NCBI GenBank assembly: GCA_041665345.1
Contig: JBAYJA010000002.1
Coordinates: 97,252-161,251 of the forward strand
Source of the DNA: Patescibacteria group bacterium
GTDB taxonomy: Bacteria; Patescibacteriota; Patescibacteriia; PEXW01
Length of the DNA stretch: 64,000 bases
Direction of reading: 5' to 3'
This document shows, one piece after another, positions 1 through 10,410 of the stretch. The position numbers and the translations under genes are program-made. Positions within the stretch are counted from its first letter, which is position 1. The number at the start of each line of letters is the position of its first letter. The notes under the pieces are model-generated. The model saw nothing but the letters and a program-made list of their open reading frames with translations, was not told where the DNA came from and searched no databases.

Positions 1-229
1 GCGCTTTTTTGTGCAAGTCGCACATGAACAGCGAATCGATCTGCCGGGCGATCGTCGGTTCGAATCTGAGCCGGGTATTCACCTCCCGAGCGGCCAGAGT
101 GTACTTTTCCTGCATGCCGAAGATTACCGCAAACACACTGTCGGCCTTCGCCTGCAAAGACACTTCTGGTGTTTCTATTCGCTTGCTGTAGCCGTTCGAC
201 AACAGGCTGCAAAGAAGAATCGTTGCCAT
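1..229 (-). CDS. Hypothetical protein, 5' portion (gene runs off window start)
   Basis: Reverse-strand ATG at 229 opens a frame with no stop through position 1 (76 codons read: MATILLCSLLSNGYSKRIETPEVSLQAKADSVFAV...). No strong RBS and no recognisable domain. Confidence 0.25.
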   Translation of the reverse strand, partial: MATILLCSLLSNGYSKRIETPEVSLQAKADSVFAVIFGMQEKYTLAAREVNTRLRFEPTIARQIDSLFMCDLHKKA

Positions 230-405
230 CGTGAGAATAAACCAAATGGGCGGGCAACTCCTTGCTAGCGTTGTGGATTTGGGTGACTCTACTTTCATGT
301 ATCCTCCTAAAGTTTCTGTGTTTCTTCCTCAACCTCAACTCATTCAGTATGAACGAATTGAGGAAAGGAGGCGAGCAAACGAAAGGTCTGCTCGCCCCAA
401 AAAAG

Positions 406-1782
406 CTACGATTTACTAAAACCAAAAAGGACGAAGGCGATAGTTAAACAACCAATGTACAGGAGGTAACTTTTTCGCCGTTGCTGGTAGTCTAATGCTC
501 GCCAATCGTATTCGCTCGCACGTTCCTTACGGAGTTTGAATTCCGTAAGCATGAGCGACCAAAAGTATACCAACAGCAAGAAGAAAAATCCAGTCTTGAA
601 AATGAAATTCACGACCCCGCCAAAACCAAAAACAAAAATTCCGAGACGGATAACGAATTCTTTTCGAGCCACGCGTGGCGTACTCTGCAGAAGTTTCCGA
701 ATAAATCGTCCTCCATCCAAAAACCCAAGCGGGATAAGGTTGATGAGTATGATCCAGCCATTGAGCAGCAGAATAATCTGAAACTCGCTGACCGTGAATT
801 GCTGGAGGAGAGTAAGCGCGCAGGATATTCCAACGAAAACGAACTGACCGTACACGCCGGCGAGGAAGATGTGCATTTGCTCGTACCAAGGAAGTTCTTC
901 TACTTGCGCTTCAATTTTCTTTGAGAAGATTACACCACCGATGAGTGGCGTGAAGACCATTAGACAGTACATACGGTGCCGCGCCATTGCAAGCCAATGT
1001 CCCATTTCATGGACCAGGAGAATGACAAAGAGCACCGCCGCTGCAAACGAAGCATTTTCAAACGGGAGTAAGTAACTTCGCATTGCATAAATACCAAACC
1101 AGGTTACTACGGCAGACCCAATAGCTAGCACGGGGTAGCCAATTTTCCTCGCGATCGCTCCTTTACCACGGCCCCTTAGCTGTTCAACAATTTTTTGGAT
1201 TGGATCCTCATCCATTACCCAGAAATAGTAGAGCAGGCCTAGCCAGCCATGGGCAATCCCAAATGCAATGAGATTTGGTTCATGTTGGTAGAGCAGGGAG
1301 AAGATGAATCCCAGAACAACCGTCGCCGGCATGAGCCAGCGGTTCGGGACATGTAGCAGCATAAATGCAATCGCTGTCACAATAGCGATGGGGATTGGCG
1401 ACCATCCTAAGCTAGTCATCTTCATGTTTAGGTAGCCCAGAATGAGAAACTGCTGCGCAAACCCGAAGAGCGGGTAGAGCAGAGCGCTTATGGTCATGTG
1501 GCTATTCCATTTAAGTGTTCTCGGGGTGCGGAGTGCTGCGAAGAGCAGCATAATAATAACCCCGACAACCATTAGCAGGATTACCGGTCGGATCCCAGCA
1601 AACCAGTCATCCGTACGGATGCCAAGCTGTGGCCAGGAAAGTCCGGAGGCTACTTGACTATAGCCGAACCAACCTACGACCAGGACGAGTATTCCCACTT
1701 TGACCACGATTTTTTCCTTCAGTGCTGAAGGAAGGCATGCGTAGACCAGCAGACCCACAAAAACGACGATCAACTCGATCAC
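406..1782 (-). CDS. M50 / site-2-protease-like membrane zinc metalloprotease
   Basis: 458-aa polytopic membrane protein with HEMGHWLAMARH (HExxH inside a hydrophobic stretch) and the downstream NLIPLGFLDGGRF (LDG) motif typical of the M50 family. GTG start at 1782 preceded by GAGGT. The leader hairpin module lies upstream (1783-1917). Confidence 0.55.
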   Translation of the reverse strand: MIELIVVFVGLLVYACLPSALKEKIVVKVGILVLVVGWFGYSQVASGLSWPQLGIRTDDWFAGIRPVILLMVVGVIIMLLFAALRTPRTLKWNSHMTISALLYPLFGFAQQFLILGYLNMKMTSLGWSPIPIAIVTAIAFMLLHVPNRWLMPATVVLGFIFSLLYQHEPNLIAFGIAHGWLGLLYYFWVMDEDPIQKIVEQLRGRGKGAIARKIGYPVLAIGSAVVTWFGIYAMRSYLLPFENASFAAAVLFVILLVHEMGHWLAMARHRMYCLMVFTPLIGGVIFSKKIEAQVEELPWYEQMHIFLAGVYGQFVFVGISCALTLLQQFTVSEFQIILLLNGWIILINLIPLGFLDGGRFIRKLLQSTPRVARKEFVIRLGIFVFGFGGVVNFIFKTGFFFLLLVYFWSLMLTEFKLRKERASEYDWRALDYQQRRKSYLLYIGCLTIAFVLFGFSKS

Positions 1783-1917
1783 TTTCTACCTCACTTTGTT
1801 TGTGTTTATTCTCCTTTCCACAGCACAAGATTGTTCTGCGTTGGAAAGGAGAGACAGGTCAGAAATATTCCAACCTGTCATCTTTGAAAGAGCGAAGCGA
1901 GTGTAATTGTCCCGCGT

Positions 1918-3402
1918 TTACTGCTGTTTTGTGATGCGGATTAGTCGGCGTGTTATATAGTAGTACACCTGCCGGCCGGTTCCACGAACGACAATGGAAA
2001 GCAGATACTTTCCGGTTTGCAGTTTTTTGGGTAACGTGATTTTCAGCTGTAGCGTTACATCCATTTGTGTGGCGGTGCGTTTTTCCCGCAGTAAGGTTTT
2101 GGCTTTCACCCCGGTGGGTTCGTCCTTTCCTTGCTCCATCACCGCCGGCATTGTCTGTTGCCACATCCCGCTTGGGTAGGGCTGGTTCAGGCTGTCCGCA
2201 ACCACGTAGGGTTGGCCAGTGATGATTGAACCTGGTGTGGTATTGGAAACGTCTGGCAGGCGTAGCAACGTTGCTCTTACCTCAAAAGTTCCTGTGTCAG
2301 GGAGCTTTACCTCAGCGTAGAGTGGTAAAATCGTACCAGGCGTAAACCAGGCTTCGGGGTTGTTGTACAGATTGGTACTGTCTCGGACAATGCCCGGCAG
2401 TACGTTGCCACCCATAGCGCTGCTTGACTGCAGGATGAGCACGTCGCTCAGGTGGTTTTTGACTGGAATGAGAATATCAAGCCAGAGGTTACCCACATTG
2501 AGGCTATGCCCAGCCACTGTAAGTCGTGCGTGGTAGTGGCCCGGTGGAATGTCCGTCAGCCGCAAGCACCCCATTGCTCGGATCAAGTGGCGATCCTGGC
2601 GCTGCGTTGCCTGAAGAAGGCCACGCAACATTTGGAGATTTGCGGTTGTACTGTCTGCACATATTTCATTTGCTTGCAGACTGTCGAAGAGCTGAACGCG
2701 CATGGTGAGCGTGCCAGCTTCCAGAGTGAGACCAGTGAACTGATTCCCCGGAACCCAGACCGTGAACCACGCCTCCGTACTTCCATCTGGCGACGGAAAT
2801 CTGGAAACTTGGACAAACGGCCACATTGGATACGCTGTGGGAAATCCTTCATCCATTGGAATGATTCTGGTTGGGTAGTGTTCGCCAGCTTTTGACTGAC
2901 AAGCAATCTCCAACCCTTGGCGCATTGTGGCTGTTGACCGCCAGATGTAAGTCCAGATTGAGCAGGTGTCATGACCGTTGGCACAAGTGCCAGGAACGAT
3001 GAGGACATTGCTCGGTAGTCCATTGATGATAAATAGTGCCCAACGCACGTCAGGCTCAACTGCATCAATGGACGTACCAAAGTAGTTGCTCTGCGCTGCT
3101 CCTTTGCAGGCGGCAAGAGTCTGCTGGACTTCCTGCCAACGCTCAGGGTGGTCTGCTGCCCACGCGTCAACACGTTCTTGGAAGTGCCGGAGGTCTGGCA
3201 TTTTTACCAAAACCTTCTTTACAAACTTCGCATCAAGAATTTGGAAGAGTGTATACATCTCTCTGACGTATGCATCTTGTATCGAATCCTGTACTGCAAA
3301 GCTTTTCACGCCAAACTTTTGTAATGGATGAAATTGCTGTGCTTGGCAAACATGCGTCATGCCAAGAATAAGCAAAGCCATGCCAAGGCATTTCGCTACC
3401 AT
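1918..3402 (-). CDS. Secreted hypothetical protein (494 aa)
   Basis: N-terminal signal peptide MVAKCLGMALLILGMTHVCQAQQ. RBS AAGGAGG 6 nt before the ATG. The conserved two-hairpin leader module lies upstream (3403-3545). Confidence 0.55.
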   Translation of the reverse strand: MVAKCLGMALLILGMTHVCQAQQFHPLQKFGVKSFAVQDSIQDAYVREMYTLFQILDAKFVKKVLVKMPDLRHFQERVDAWAADHPERWQEVQQTLAACKGAAQSNYFGTSIDAVEPDVRWALFIINGLPSNVLIVPGTCANGHDTCSIWTYIWRSTATMRQGLEIACQSKAGEHYPTRIIPMDEGFPTAYPMWPFVQVSRFPSPDGSTEAWFTVWVPGNQFTGLTLEAGTLTMRVQLFDSLQANEICADSTTANLQMLRGLLQATQRQDRHLIRAMGCLRLTDIPPGHYHARLTVAGHSLNVGNLWLDILIPVKNHLSDVLILQSSSAMGGNVLPGIVRDSTNLYNNPEAWFTPGTILPLYAEVKLPDTGTFEVRATLLRLPDVSNTTPGSIITGQPYVVADSLNQPYPSGMWQQTMPAVMEQGKDEPTGVKAKTLLREKRTATQMDVTLQLKITLPKKLQTGKYLLSIVVRGTGRQVYYYITRRLIRITKQQ

Positions 3403-3545
3403 CGTAGCCTCCTTTTGTGTTTTTGTTCTTTTTCAAAACATAGAGTTACCTTCTATGCTTTGAAAAAGAGGCGAGTGCTGGGATGGACCAGACACTCGTC
3501 CTCGAAGAGCGAATTTTTGTGCTGCGCACCTTTTTGAAGACTGAC

Positions 3546-3995
3546 CTATTCTAGATCATTCAGGATAACGAAAATTTTTCCTCTTTCGTCAATTCTGATT
3601 TCATCCATGGCCGGGTCATCATCCAGGTTTGCTTGCGCTCCCGCGACAAAAGTTTCGCCATTGTCTTTCGACGAAATGCAGAACATGTACGGGCTGTCGT
3701 TTGGGATCTGTACTTCTTGTGTTGGCTCGGATCCTGAACGGGGCTCCAGAGCAAGTGTGGGGATGCTACTATCGGCGCAAACGGTTGCAAAATCAGAACC
3801 GTAGTAGTAACCATGCTGTGTCTTGAAATCTTCTTGCGCCTTATATATTTGCATAAGGCACGCTTTGGCTTCTCTCTGCGGTGTGTGAACAATTATTGGA
3901 ATGATCAAGGTTGCTAAGATGCCGATGATGACAACGACGATCATGAGTTCGATGAGGGTGAACCCACCCTGGTTTTTGGTAATGTGATTGCTCAC
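3546..3995 (-). CDS. Type IV pilin / pseudopilin with prepilin N-terminal methylation motif
   Basis: Short leader ending in G, then FTLIELMIVVVIIGILA (Phe+1 and Glu+5 of class III signal peptides). GTG start with AAAGGAG RBS. Immediately downstream of signal peptidase I on the same strand. Confidence 0.75.
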   Translation of the reverse strand: MSNHITKNQGGFTLIELMIVVVIIGILATLIIPIIVHTPQREAKACLMQIYKAQEDFKTQHGYYYGSDFATVCADSSIPTLALEPRSGSEPTQEVQIPNDSPYMFCISSKDNGETFVAGAQANLDDDPAMDEIRIDERGKIFVILNDLE

Positions 3996-4042
3996 GCAAT
4001 CTCCTTTCGATTTTGGGTTATTGGTTTTGAATGACGTTAATA

Positions 4043-4666
4043 CTACAGGCCGCAGAAAATTCGTTCTGCATGGAGCCCGTTATTCCAGCTCCAGTACGTG
4101 CAGACTGCGAGGCCGACAATTTGGTCATTGGGAATTGCACCCAAGTATCGGCTGTCGAAGGAATCGTCACGGTTGTCGCCCATCACAAAAAAGTGATCAT
4201 TGGGTACGACGTAGGGACCAAAGAAGTCCCGAGGGGAATTTTGCTTGGGGTAAGTCTTGGTGTCCCCATGCACTGCCTGCGGAGGCAGCGGGATAAAGAC
4301 GTTATTGACGAATAGGTCTTTATTTCGTACTTCCACCGTGTCCCCAGCAAGGGCGACGCAGCGTTTCACAAAGTCCGTGTTGCGTTCCGGCACGTGGAAG
4401 ACCACAATGTCATCGACTGCTAATGTACCCAGCTTGTAAACAATGATAAAGTCACCGGTTTGCAAGGTTGGGGTCATTGAGTCGCTGCTGATTCGAGACG
4501 CTTGCGCGCAGTACACTCGACTAAGTGTCGCAACCACAACTCCAATTACCAGCCAAAGGCAAACGGGTTTCCACCAATTCTGTACAAATTGGAGGAATTT
4601 TGTGGTTTTGATTCTCGCTCGACCGCTTTCATATGGAGCAGTCCCTCGGGTTATTTTTTTTTCCAT
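4043..4666 (-). CDS. lepB: Signal peptidase I
   Basis: Catalytic-Ser box SDSMTPTL, box D KRCVALAGDTV and box E GDNRDDSFDSRY. N-terminal TM anchor. GGAGGT RBS 6 nt before the ATG. Confidence 0.8.
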   Translation of the reverse strand: MEKKITRGTAPYESGRARIKTTKFLQFVQNWWKPVCLWLVIGVVVATLSRVYCAQASRISSDSMTPTLQTGDFIIVYKLGTLAVDDIVVFHVPERNTDFVKRCVALAGDTVEVRNKDLFVNNVFIPLPPQAVHGDTKTYPKQNSPRDFFGPYVVPNDHFFVMGDNRDDSFDSRYLGAIPNDQIVGLAVCTYWSWNNGLHAERIFCGL

Positions 4667-4777
4667 TTTCCAACCTCCATTTTTTCATTTTTTTCTTTTT
4701 CTCAAACCAGGAATGCTCATGGGTTGGGAAAAGGGGAGGAAACACTTAGGTTTCCTCCAGAAGTGCGCTCTGCTTTC

Positions 4778-4906
4778 TTACTTGCTCACCCGGCAAGCAT
4801 GAAAAAGCGGTGCGAGCACAGCACCTGGCAGCGTTGCCGGTAGGCAGCCGACTACCAAAATTCCGGCGAAAAGGTACATGACGAAGTTGCTGAAAAATTT
4901 CAACAT
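4778..4906 (-). CDS. Small hydrophobic ORF (42 aa), not in the ORF track
   Basis: ATG at 4906 preceded by GGAGGAG. Reads MLKFFSNFVMYLFAGILVVGCLPATLPGAVLAPLFHACRVSK, stop TAA at 4778-4780. It sits behind a complete copy of the hairpin leader module (4926-5001), like its neighbours. Confidence 0.3.
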   Translation of the reverse strand: MLKFFSNFVMYLFAGILVVGCLPATLPGAVLAPLFHACRVSK

Positions 4907-5008
4907 TAGCTCCTCCTGATTGATGTTTTTTCTCTTTCCTCAGCCCACAGTATGGGCTAAGGAAAGAGGTAGACTTCGGGTGAAGCTGTCTACCAAAGCT
5001 TACTGAAA

Positions 5009-5269
5009 TTACCAACGATCCATTTTTGGGATCGGGACGTACGGGATGCACCCTGCGGTGGAAAGTTGGTACTTCCCGTCCTGCAGAATGCAGGATGAGC
5101 GAAAGCCACCAGAGGCTTCGTTGAGAACGACAACGTGAAGGCCTGATTTTGTAGTATTGCGCAGTTCAAAGATGAAATGCGGAATAGTAATTTTTTCTCC
5201 AATGCGCACTGGTTTGCCGTCACATTCGACTTTGCCGGATTTCACCGTAATGAACTTTACTCTGTCCAT
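5009..5269 (-). CDS. Hypothetical protein (86 aa)
   Basis: ATG with GGAGG RBS. The leader module lies upstream (5270-5392). No recognisable domain. Confidence 0.45.
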   Translation of the reverse strand: MDRVKFITVKSGKVECDGKPVRIGEKITIPHFIFELRNTTKSGLHVVVLNEASGGFRSSCILQDGKYQLSTAGCIPYVPIPKMDRW

Positions 5270-5392
5270 GTCTAACCTCCGATTTGTGTTTTTTTCTCTT
5301 CCTCAATCCTCGAATTTACTCGAATGCTGGGGAAGAGAGGCAGATGGTTAGTCTGCCTCTGGAAAATTCTAAATGAGCATTATGACCATTCA

Positions 5393-5968
5393 TTACACAA
5401 TGGCCGGTGACAGTTCCTTTCCGACTTCCGGGGCATCGTCTTGAGGACTGCTATCCACCAGAAGTGAGATACTTCTGCCAGCAAACAGCGCTACTGCGCC
5501 AAACCCAATGATTATGAGGAGCATGTTTAATTCCATTGGAAACATATTGAAGAATAGGTCCGAGGCTGTTTCAATGAAACACGCCCAATGAGCTACTCCG
5601 ATGATGCTGCAGTAGAAAATTGCAAAACCAATTATCCGCTGAAGTTCTTTACTGTTGATTTTGAACTTCCTGGCCGTCAGACCACATGCAAGCAGTCCTA
5701 CGGTCATGGCCAAAAACTGCCAAACCGTCGATGTGTAACTTTCCGTACGATCATGCGCGCGTAGAAAGTAGTCGCCGTTCGGTGCCTGATAGACTTGGTC
5801 GATCTGGTGGCGAAGACCTAGCACGCGGATTAAGCTCAATTGTTCAGTTTGCATGCCTGGAAAGTGCTGAATCTTGAACGTTTCATTCTCAGCCGGAAAT
5901 ACCATATAAAACATGGTAATCAGGCTGAATGCAAATACGATTGCAAGGGTGGTCATGAAGATTTTCAT
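5393..5968 (-). CDS. Polytopic membrane protein (191 aa)
   Basis: At least 4 hydrophobic helices. AAAGGA RBS. Leader module 6001-6076, nearly identical to the one at 4926-5001. Confidence 0.5.
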   Translation of the reverse strand: MKIFMTTLAIVFAFSLITMFYMVFPAENETFKIQHFPGMQTEQLSLIRVLGLRHQIDQVYQAPNGDYFLRAHDRTESYTSTVWQFLAMTVGLLACGLTARKFKINSKELQRIIGFAIFYCSIIGVAHWACFIETASDLFFNMFPMELNMLLIIIGFGAVALFAGRSISLLVDSSPQDDAPEVGKELSPAIV

Positions 5969-6155
5969 TTTTCTGTCCTTTCAGATATGTATTTTATTCG
6001 TTTTTTCTCTTTCCTCAGCCCACAGCATGAGCTAAGGAAAGAGGTAGACTTCGGGTGAAGCTGTCTACCAAAGCTTGTAATGTGCAAATTGGGTTTTAGT
6101 CCCCTCTGTCACCGAAAGCGTAGCAAAGTTTGTTTCATTTTCGCCACGACAGTTG

Positions 6156-6560
6156 CTAAATGGTTCTTTGCGGTTGCTCGTCAAGCGCTGGCCAGGGAAA
6201 TCCGCCAAGAGTATAAAATTTGGCGATGACGAAAGGTCTTGAGGTCCCTCGGTCGATGAGGTTCCCAGTCTCGATTGACGTATGATAATCGTAGTACGTT
6301 TCTTCGTACACCAGGGAATCGACGAAAAGCGTGTCGGGCTTTCTCTGCTCAAAGTGGTAATCAATAGGGACCCAGCTCACGGTAAAGGGTCTCGGGGGCT
6401 CGTATGCCTTGCCGGTACTGCGATCGACCAATACATCACACACGGTGATCGAATGCTGTTCGACCTTCATTCTGGGGTAGAGGTATCCCTGATCCCAGGC
6501 ATACCAAGTGGTAAGGGCAACCATTACCACCACGATAATAATGTTTACGACGTTTCGCAT
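6156..6560 (-). CDS. Membrane-anchored hypothetical protein, paralog of 7152-7787
   Basis: N-terminal TM then WYAWDQGYLYPR, shared with the 7152 gene. Leader module upstream (6561-6665). Confidence 0.5.
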   Translation of the reverse strand: MRNVVNIIIVVVMVALTTWYAWDQGYLYPRMKVEQHSITVCDVLVDRSTGKAYEPPRPFTVSWVPIDYHFEQRKPDTLFVDSLVYEETYYDYHTSIETGNLIDRGTSRPFVIAKFYTLGGFPWPALDEQPQRTI

Positions 6561-6665
6561 TTTTTATCCTTTCAAATAAGTGATTTACGTTTTTTTCTTT
6601 TCCTCACTAATTGATTATTCAAAAGTTGAGGAAAAGAGGCGAGTGAATGGTTCACTCGCCGGTGA

Positions 6666-6953
6666 TCAGCGTAGCCACATAATGGACAGGATCAGACTCA
6701 GCAGCCCGATGATGGTAAAGGTGATGATGAGCCAGATTGGGGTCTTGCCCTGTGGATTTTTGGGTAGTTGCGCCAGGATTTTGTGGCGCAACTTTTGTGC
6801 AGCGGGGAAGTCGATACTCAGAATTCCAATGCCAGCGAGCAGCACCAGAATGCCCGGACCTGGGCCAATGAGCATCACCAGGCCGGCAATGGTGACCACC
6901 AAGCCAGCTAAGATGCGCCCGACTTTCAGCGCTGCAGTCCAGACTCTTTTCAC
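6666..6953 (-). CDS. Small membrane protein (95 aa, 2-3 TM)
   Basis: GTG start at 6953 with GGGAGG RBS. Hydrophobic throughout. Confidence 0.45.
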   Translation of the reverse strand: MKRVWTAALKVGRILAGLVVTIAGLVMLIGPGPGILVLLAGIGILSIDFPAAQKLRHKILAQLPKNPQGKTPIWLIITFTIIGLLSLILSIMWLR

Positions 6954-7151
6954 GGTGCCTCCCTGTTGGTTTTCAGTTTAGGTTCCTTTTCCAGAGCACG
7001 ATACCATATGCTCGTACGCTAGAAAAGAGAGGGGTGGTCCAGCCGGCCACCCCAACAATTATGTTCAAAATGTACTTTGCAAAATTCCTCCTGGTAATTT
7101 TTCGCCACGGAGATCTATGCTCCACGACCAGGCCGACACAGTCCTGGGCGG

Positions 7152-7787
7152 TTACTCGTTATCGTTGCCGTTTGACTCATCCTCTTCCTGTTCACGTCGT
7201 ACTCGGGAGATTGCGATCGGTATGAGTAGTAGAAGTGGAACAGATCCTAGGGCCAGTGACGGGCTGCCAGAGTATTTATACTTCGGATCGAAGAATAAAT
7301 CCCCACCATTTGAGCACCCGACCCCCATAAGTAGGGCACTCTCAAGGGAAGTTGAATCAAACCAACTTTCTTTTGAAAGGCCAGTGGTCATTCCAAGGTC
7401 AGGAGATGAGTTCATAGGTTCAATTTTCCTGCCTAAGCATGTATGGAACTCAGCAATTGTGATCGCCTTGGTACTCCCGTTGACATGCAGGAGGCCATTT
7501 ATGAAATCCGCGTGTTCCGAGTAACCGTAGTCTTTCACATATTGGATTGTATCGACGTACACGGTGTCAGGAGTACCGCTATCAATCCTAAATAATGAAA
7601 TGAACGGAAATGGATCAAGAAAAGGTTGATAGGTTGCCCCGGTGTTCTTTTCGACGATGATGGCACTGTGGTGCCAGAATTTGCCAGTCTCCTCGAATCT
7701 GGGATAAAGGTACCCCTGATCCCAGGCGTACCAAACGCCAAATGTCAGAAAGATGGCAACAAGACCGATGTTGATGATTGTTCTCAC
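7152..7787 (-). CDS. Membrane-anchored hypothetical protein, paralog of 6156-6560 (start corrected)
   Basis: The track ORF begins at 7904 but reads through the intergenic repeat. GTG at 7787 is preceded by GGAGGA, giving VRTIINIGLVAIFLTFGVWYAWDQGYLYPR.., which aligns with the N-terminus of the paralog. Confidence 0.5.
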   Translation of the reverse strand: MRTIINIGLVAIFLTFGVWYAWDQGYLYPRFEETGKFWHHSAIIVEKNTGATYQPFLDPFPFISLFRIDSGTPDTVYVDTIQYVKDYGYSEHADFINGLLHVNGSTKAITIAEFHTCLGRKIEPMNSSPDLGMTTGLSKESWFDSTSLESALLMGVGCSNGGDLFFDPKYKYSGSPSLALGSVPLLLLIPIAISRVRREQEEDESNGNDNE

Positions 7788-8003
7788 TTTTTCCTCCTCA
7801 GGAAGTTTTTGTTTACTAAATGTGTGTTTCTCTTTCCCAATCCACAATCTCTTGCGGCCTAGGAAAGAGAGGGGTGTATGACAGCCAAACCACCCCTCTA
7901 ACAATTATGTTACAAATGTACTTTCAAAATTCCTCCCGGTTGATTTTTCGTATGGAGATCTATGCTCCACGACTGGCACGACACACGCCAGCCGATTATT
8001 CAC

Positions 8004-8282
8004 CTATGCCCGTGTCTGGTCTTGGTGCAAGCGTTTTCCCCACCATTCGAAAAGAAGTCCAAGCAGGATTGCTAATCCTGCAGAAGCAAAGAATGTCTGC
8101 AGAATTTCGACTACGCTGATCCCGGTTCCTTTGTTCGTTGTGAGATCGAGAACAATGCCAATCAGGAGCGCGGTTGTCCCGATGATTTTTTGACTCAGAT
8201 TTGAGACGCTGTATAGTCTCAATATGATGATTGCCAAGAATCCCACTACGAAGCTGAAAGTTAAACTAAATACAGTGGACAT
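8004..8282 (-). CDS. Small membrane protein (92 aa)
   Basis: ATG with AAGGAGGA RBS. 2-3 TM helices. Leader module of the 8357 / 9126 subfamily lies upstream. Confidence 0.45.
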   Translation of the reverse strand: MSTVFSLTFSFVVGFLAIIILRLYSVSNLSQKIIGTTALLIGIVLDLTTNKGTGISVVEILQTFFASAGLAILLGLLFEWWGKRLHQDQTRA

Positions 8283-8434
8283 GTGTCCTCCTTGTGAATA
8301 TTGTGGTTAAATTGTTTTTTCTCAACTGCAAAACAGAATTTTCATTCTGTTCTCTAGTCGAGGGGCAGCATATTAGAAGCTGCCCAACGAAGGTGCGAAA
8401 CTTTAGTCGACGGATAGTTATGAGTTTCTTCGAG

Positions 8435-9058
8435 TCATCTCCTCGGAAGAAGTTCACAATTACCGTCTTGAAATGCTAATACGTTTGTCAAACCCCCAGA
8501 TGGTTTGACCAAGATAGTTCGCTCATCATTTTTGCACGTTGGGTCTGGGACACTGCAACTAAATAATTTAAAATCTTCTGGCCCCTTTGGAAAGGTCGAA
8601 TCTTTGGCCGTTTCTTCATCGAGAATGACGAACAATACGTCCACTTGATCATCATGATTAAATTGTCCATGAATTTCCAGGTCGACGTTTTTCAAAACGT
8701 ATACGTTGCCCTCGGGGCAAAGCAATTTTGCTCCGTAGTAGCTTCTATCAAGAGTGGCGGTATATCCCCAGCATATTTTCTGCGGTAGGCCAATCTGGTA
8801 GAGCTCAGCGGCGCCTCCGAAGGAGATGCTATACATTGTTTGGCGATAAAGGTATTCCCTGGCATATTGCCAAACACTGTCCGGAACGCAGTTCAGCTCA
8901 ACATTCAGCGAGTCAGAAATTTGTTTTAGTTTCTGTTCCAGAATTTTTTCTTCATTCGCGACCACTTGCGCCTGTATCGTCGGCATCAGCGCCAACGAAT
9001 TCACCATGACGAACATGGCGACGAGGATTGCGAAGGTAATCAATCTTTTCATTTTCAC
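8435..9058 (-). CDS. Secreted hypothetical protein (207 aa)
   Basis: Signal peptide MKMKRLITFAILVAMFVMVNSLALMPTIQAQ. AAGGAG RBS. Confidence 0.5.
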   Translation of the reverse strand: MKMKRLITFAILVAMFVMVNSLALMPTIQAQVVANEEKILEQKLKQISDSLNVELNCVPDSVWQYAREYLYRQTMYSISFGGAAELYQIGLPQKICWGYTATLDRSYYGAKLLCPEGNVYVLKNVDLEIHGQFNHDDQVDVLFVILDEETAKDSTFPKGPEDFKLFSCSVPDPTCKNDERTILVKPSGGLTNVLAFQDGNCELLPRR

Positions 9059-9170
9059 TCCTTGTTCTTAGTTTTTATGATTGTTTGTTTCTCGACTTCA
9101 GTCCAGAATCAGTATTCTGCACTCAAGTCGAGGGGCAGCATTTTTTTTAGTGCTGCCCGACGAAAGGACA

Positions 9171-9731
9171 TTAGCCAGCAAGCGCTTGCTGCTGGATATT
9201 CACCGGCACATTGGGCACGGTGAAATAATGGTCGTGCGTAAGGAAAGAGATTCCCCTCACCCAGATTCGTACCGTTCCAGTACCAGGATTGCTGGATAGT
9301 CTTCTTTCGAAGATACCTGTTCCTGTCTGCAGTTCGAAATGGAGAGGCAGACTTTCGTTCTCAGATGCGTCAAGCACCATGTCGAACGAGGCGCTCTCCA
9401 TCCCGACTTCCATGAGGTAGTCGGTGATTTCTTGTTCGAGACCCTTAATGTATTGACGTTGTTTTTCGTGGGTCTCTTCCCGTTGCTTTCGGAACTCCTC
9501 GGCTTTGTCAGGGCCACCTATGACTCTGCCGAGCCAGTAGCCGCTAAAGACCGATTCGCCTGGAACCTTTTTTGTGATTTCAACCAGGTAAAAACCCGGT
9601 TGAGTAAAGGTCACCAAGTGTTTCGCATTTCGATCTGCGAACACCAGCGGACCTCTCATTTCAGGGTGGCCAATAACTCTGCCGTCCCATTCATCCTTGT
9701 GGAAATCCACGAGAATAATCTCAGTACTCAT
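9171..9731 (-). CDS. Hypothetical cytoplasmic protein (start trimmed to the RBS-supported ATG)
   Basis: GGAGGA RBS precedes the ATG at 9731 (MSTEIILVDFH...). The ORF-track start at 9770 lacks an RBS. Confidence 0.45.
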   Translation of the reverse strand: MSTEIILVDFHKDEWDGRVIGHPEMRGPLVFADRNAKHLVTFTQPGFYLVEITKKVPGESVFSGYWLGRVIGGPDKAEEFRKQREETHEKQRQYIKGLEQEITDYLMEVGMESASFDMVLDASENESLPLHFELQTGTGIFERRLSSNPGTGTVRIWVRGISFLTHDHYFTVPNVPVNIQQQALAG

Positions 9732-9981
9732 ACTTCCTCCGAATAATTTGTTGTTTCTTTCTCTTCTCACAGCGAGCCAGGTCTACGCAATCCCGCACAA
9801 CCCTGGAGAGAGGGAAGGAAGCGGCATGACGCAGAACCTGACTCAGTGTGAGGAGAGAAGGGAAGCCGTAAGCTGTAGAGCTGTAAGCCGTAAGGTCTGC
9901 AAGATGTACAGTATGCTTTACAGTAAAGGAGTTCCTTCTTCAGTAAAAAAGCGTTTTTATACTAGAGAAGAAGGGAGATGG

Positions 9982-10254
9982 TTAGATCTCCCGAGTTTTC
10001 CTGTAGTAAAAGAACTGGCCAAGGATGATCCCCGACAGCACTATTCCGATTGTATCCGGAATCAAAATGTAGAAATCGTTGATAGTAAGTGCATGCCAAG
10101 CTCTGCAGCTATACACGCACACAGTGAGAATGGCCAAGAAAAAGGCCGTTCCGCACCGGCGCTCTTTGCGATTTTTTAGGATCTGCATGGTAAGCCCAAT
10201 TAAGACCATCAGAATCGCAAAGGTCAGCGTTGCATATCCAGATATCTTTTCCAT
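9982..10254 (-). CDS. Small membrane protein (90 aa)
   Basis: GAGGA RBS. 3 TM helices. A TTCGTA-repeat tract lies immediately upstream (10271-10304). Confidence 0.45.
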   Translation of the reverse strand: MEKISGYATLTFAILMVLIGLTMQILKNRKERRCGTAFFLAILTVCVYSCRAWHALTINDFYILIPDTIGIVLSGIILGQFFYYRKTREI

Positions 10255-10410
10255 TGTGTATTCCTCTTTTTTCGTATATTCGTACTGATTCGTAATTCGT
10301 AAATTTTGTTTCTCTTCTTCAGGGCAAAAGTATGTTTCGCGCTAGAGAAGAGTAGGGAGGAGACGAGTTGAACGTCTGCCTCCCACTTTCAGAAATGTGC
10401 TTAGAAGACT

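Noticed and set aside
7788-7904. N-terminal 39-codon extension of the 7152 ORF.
   Set aside because: The extension reads through the conserved intergenic repeat also found non-coding at 7017-7129. The RBS-supported GTG at 7787 aligns with the paralog start.
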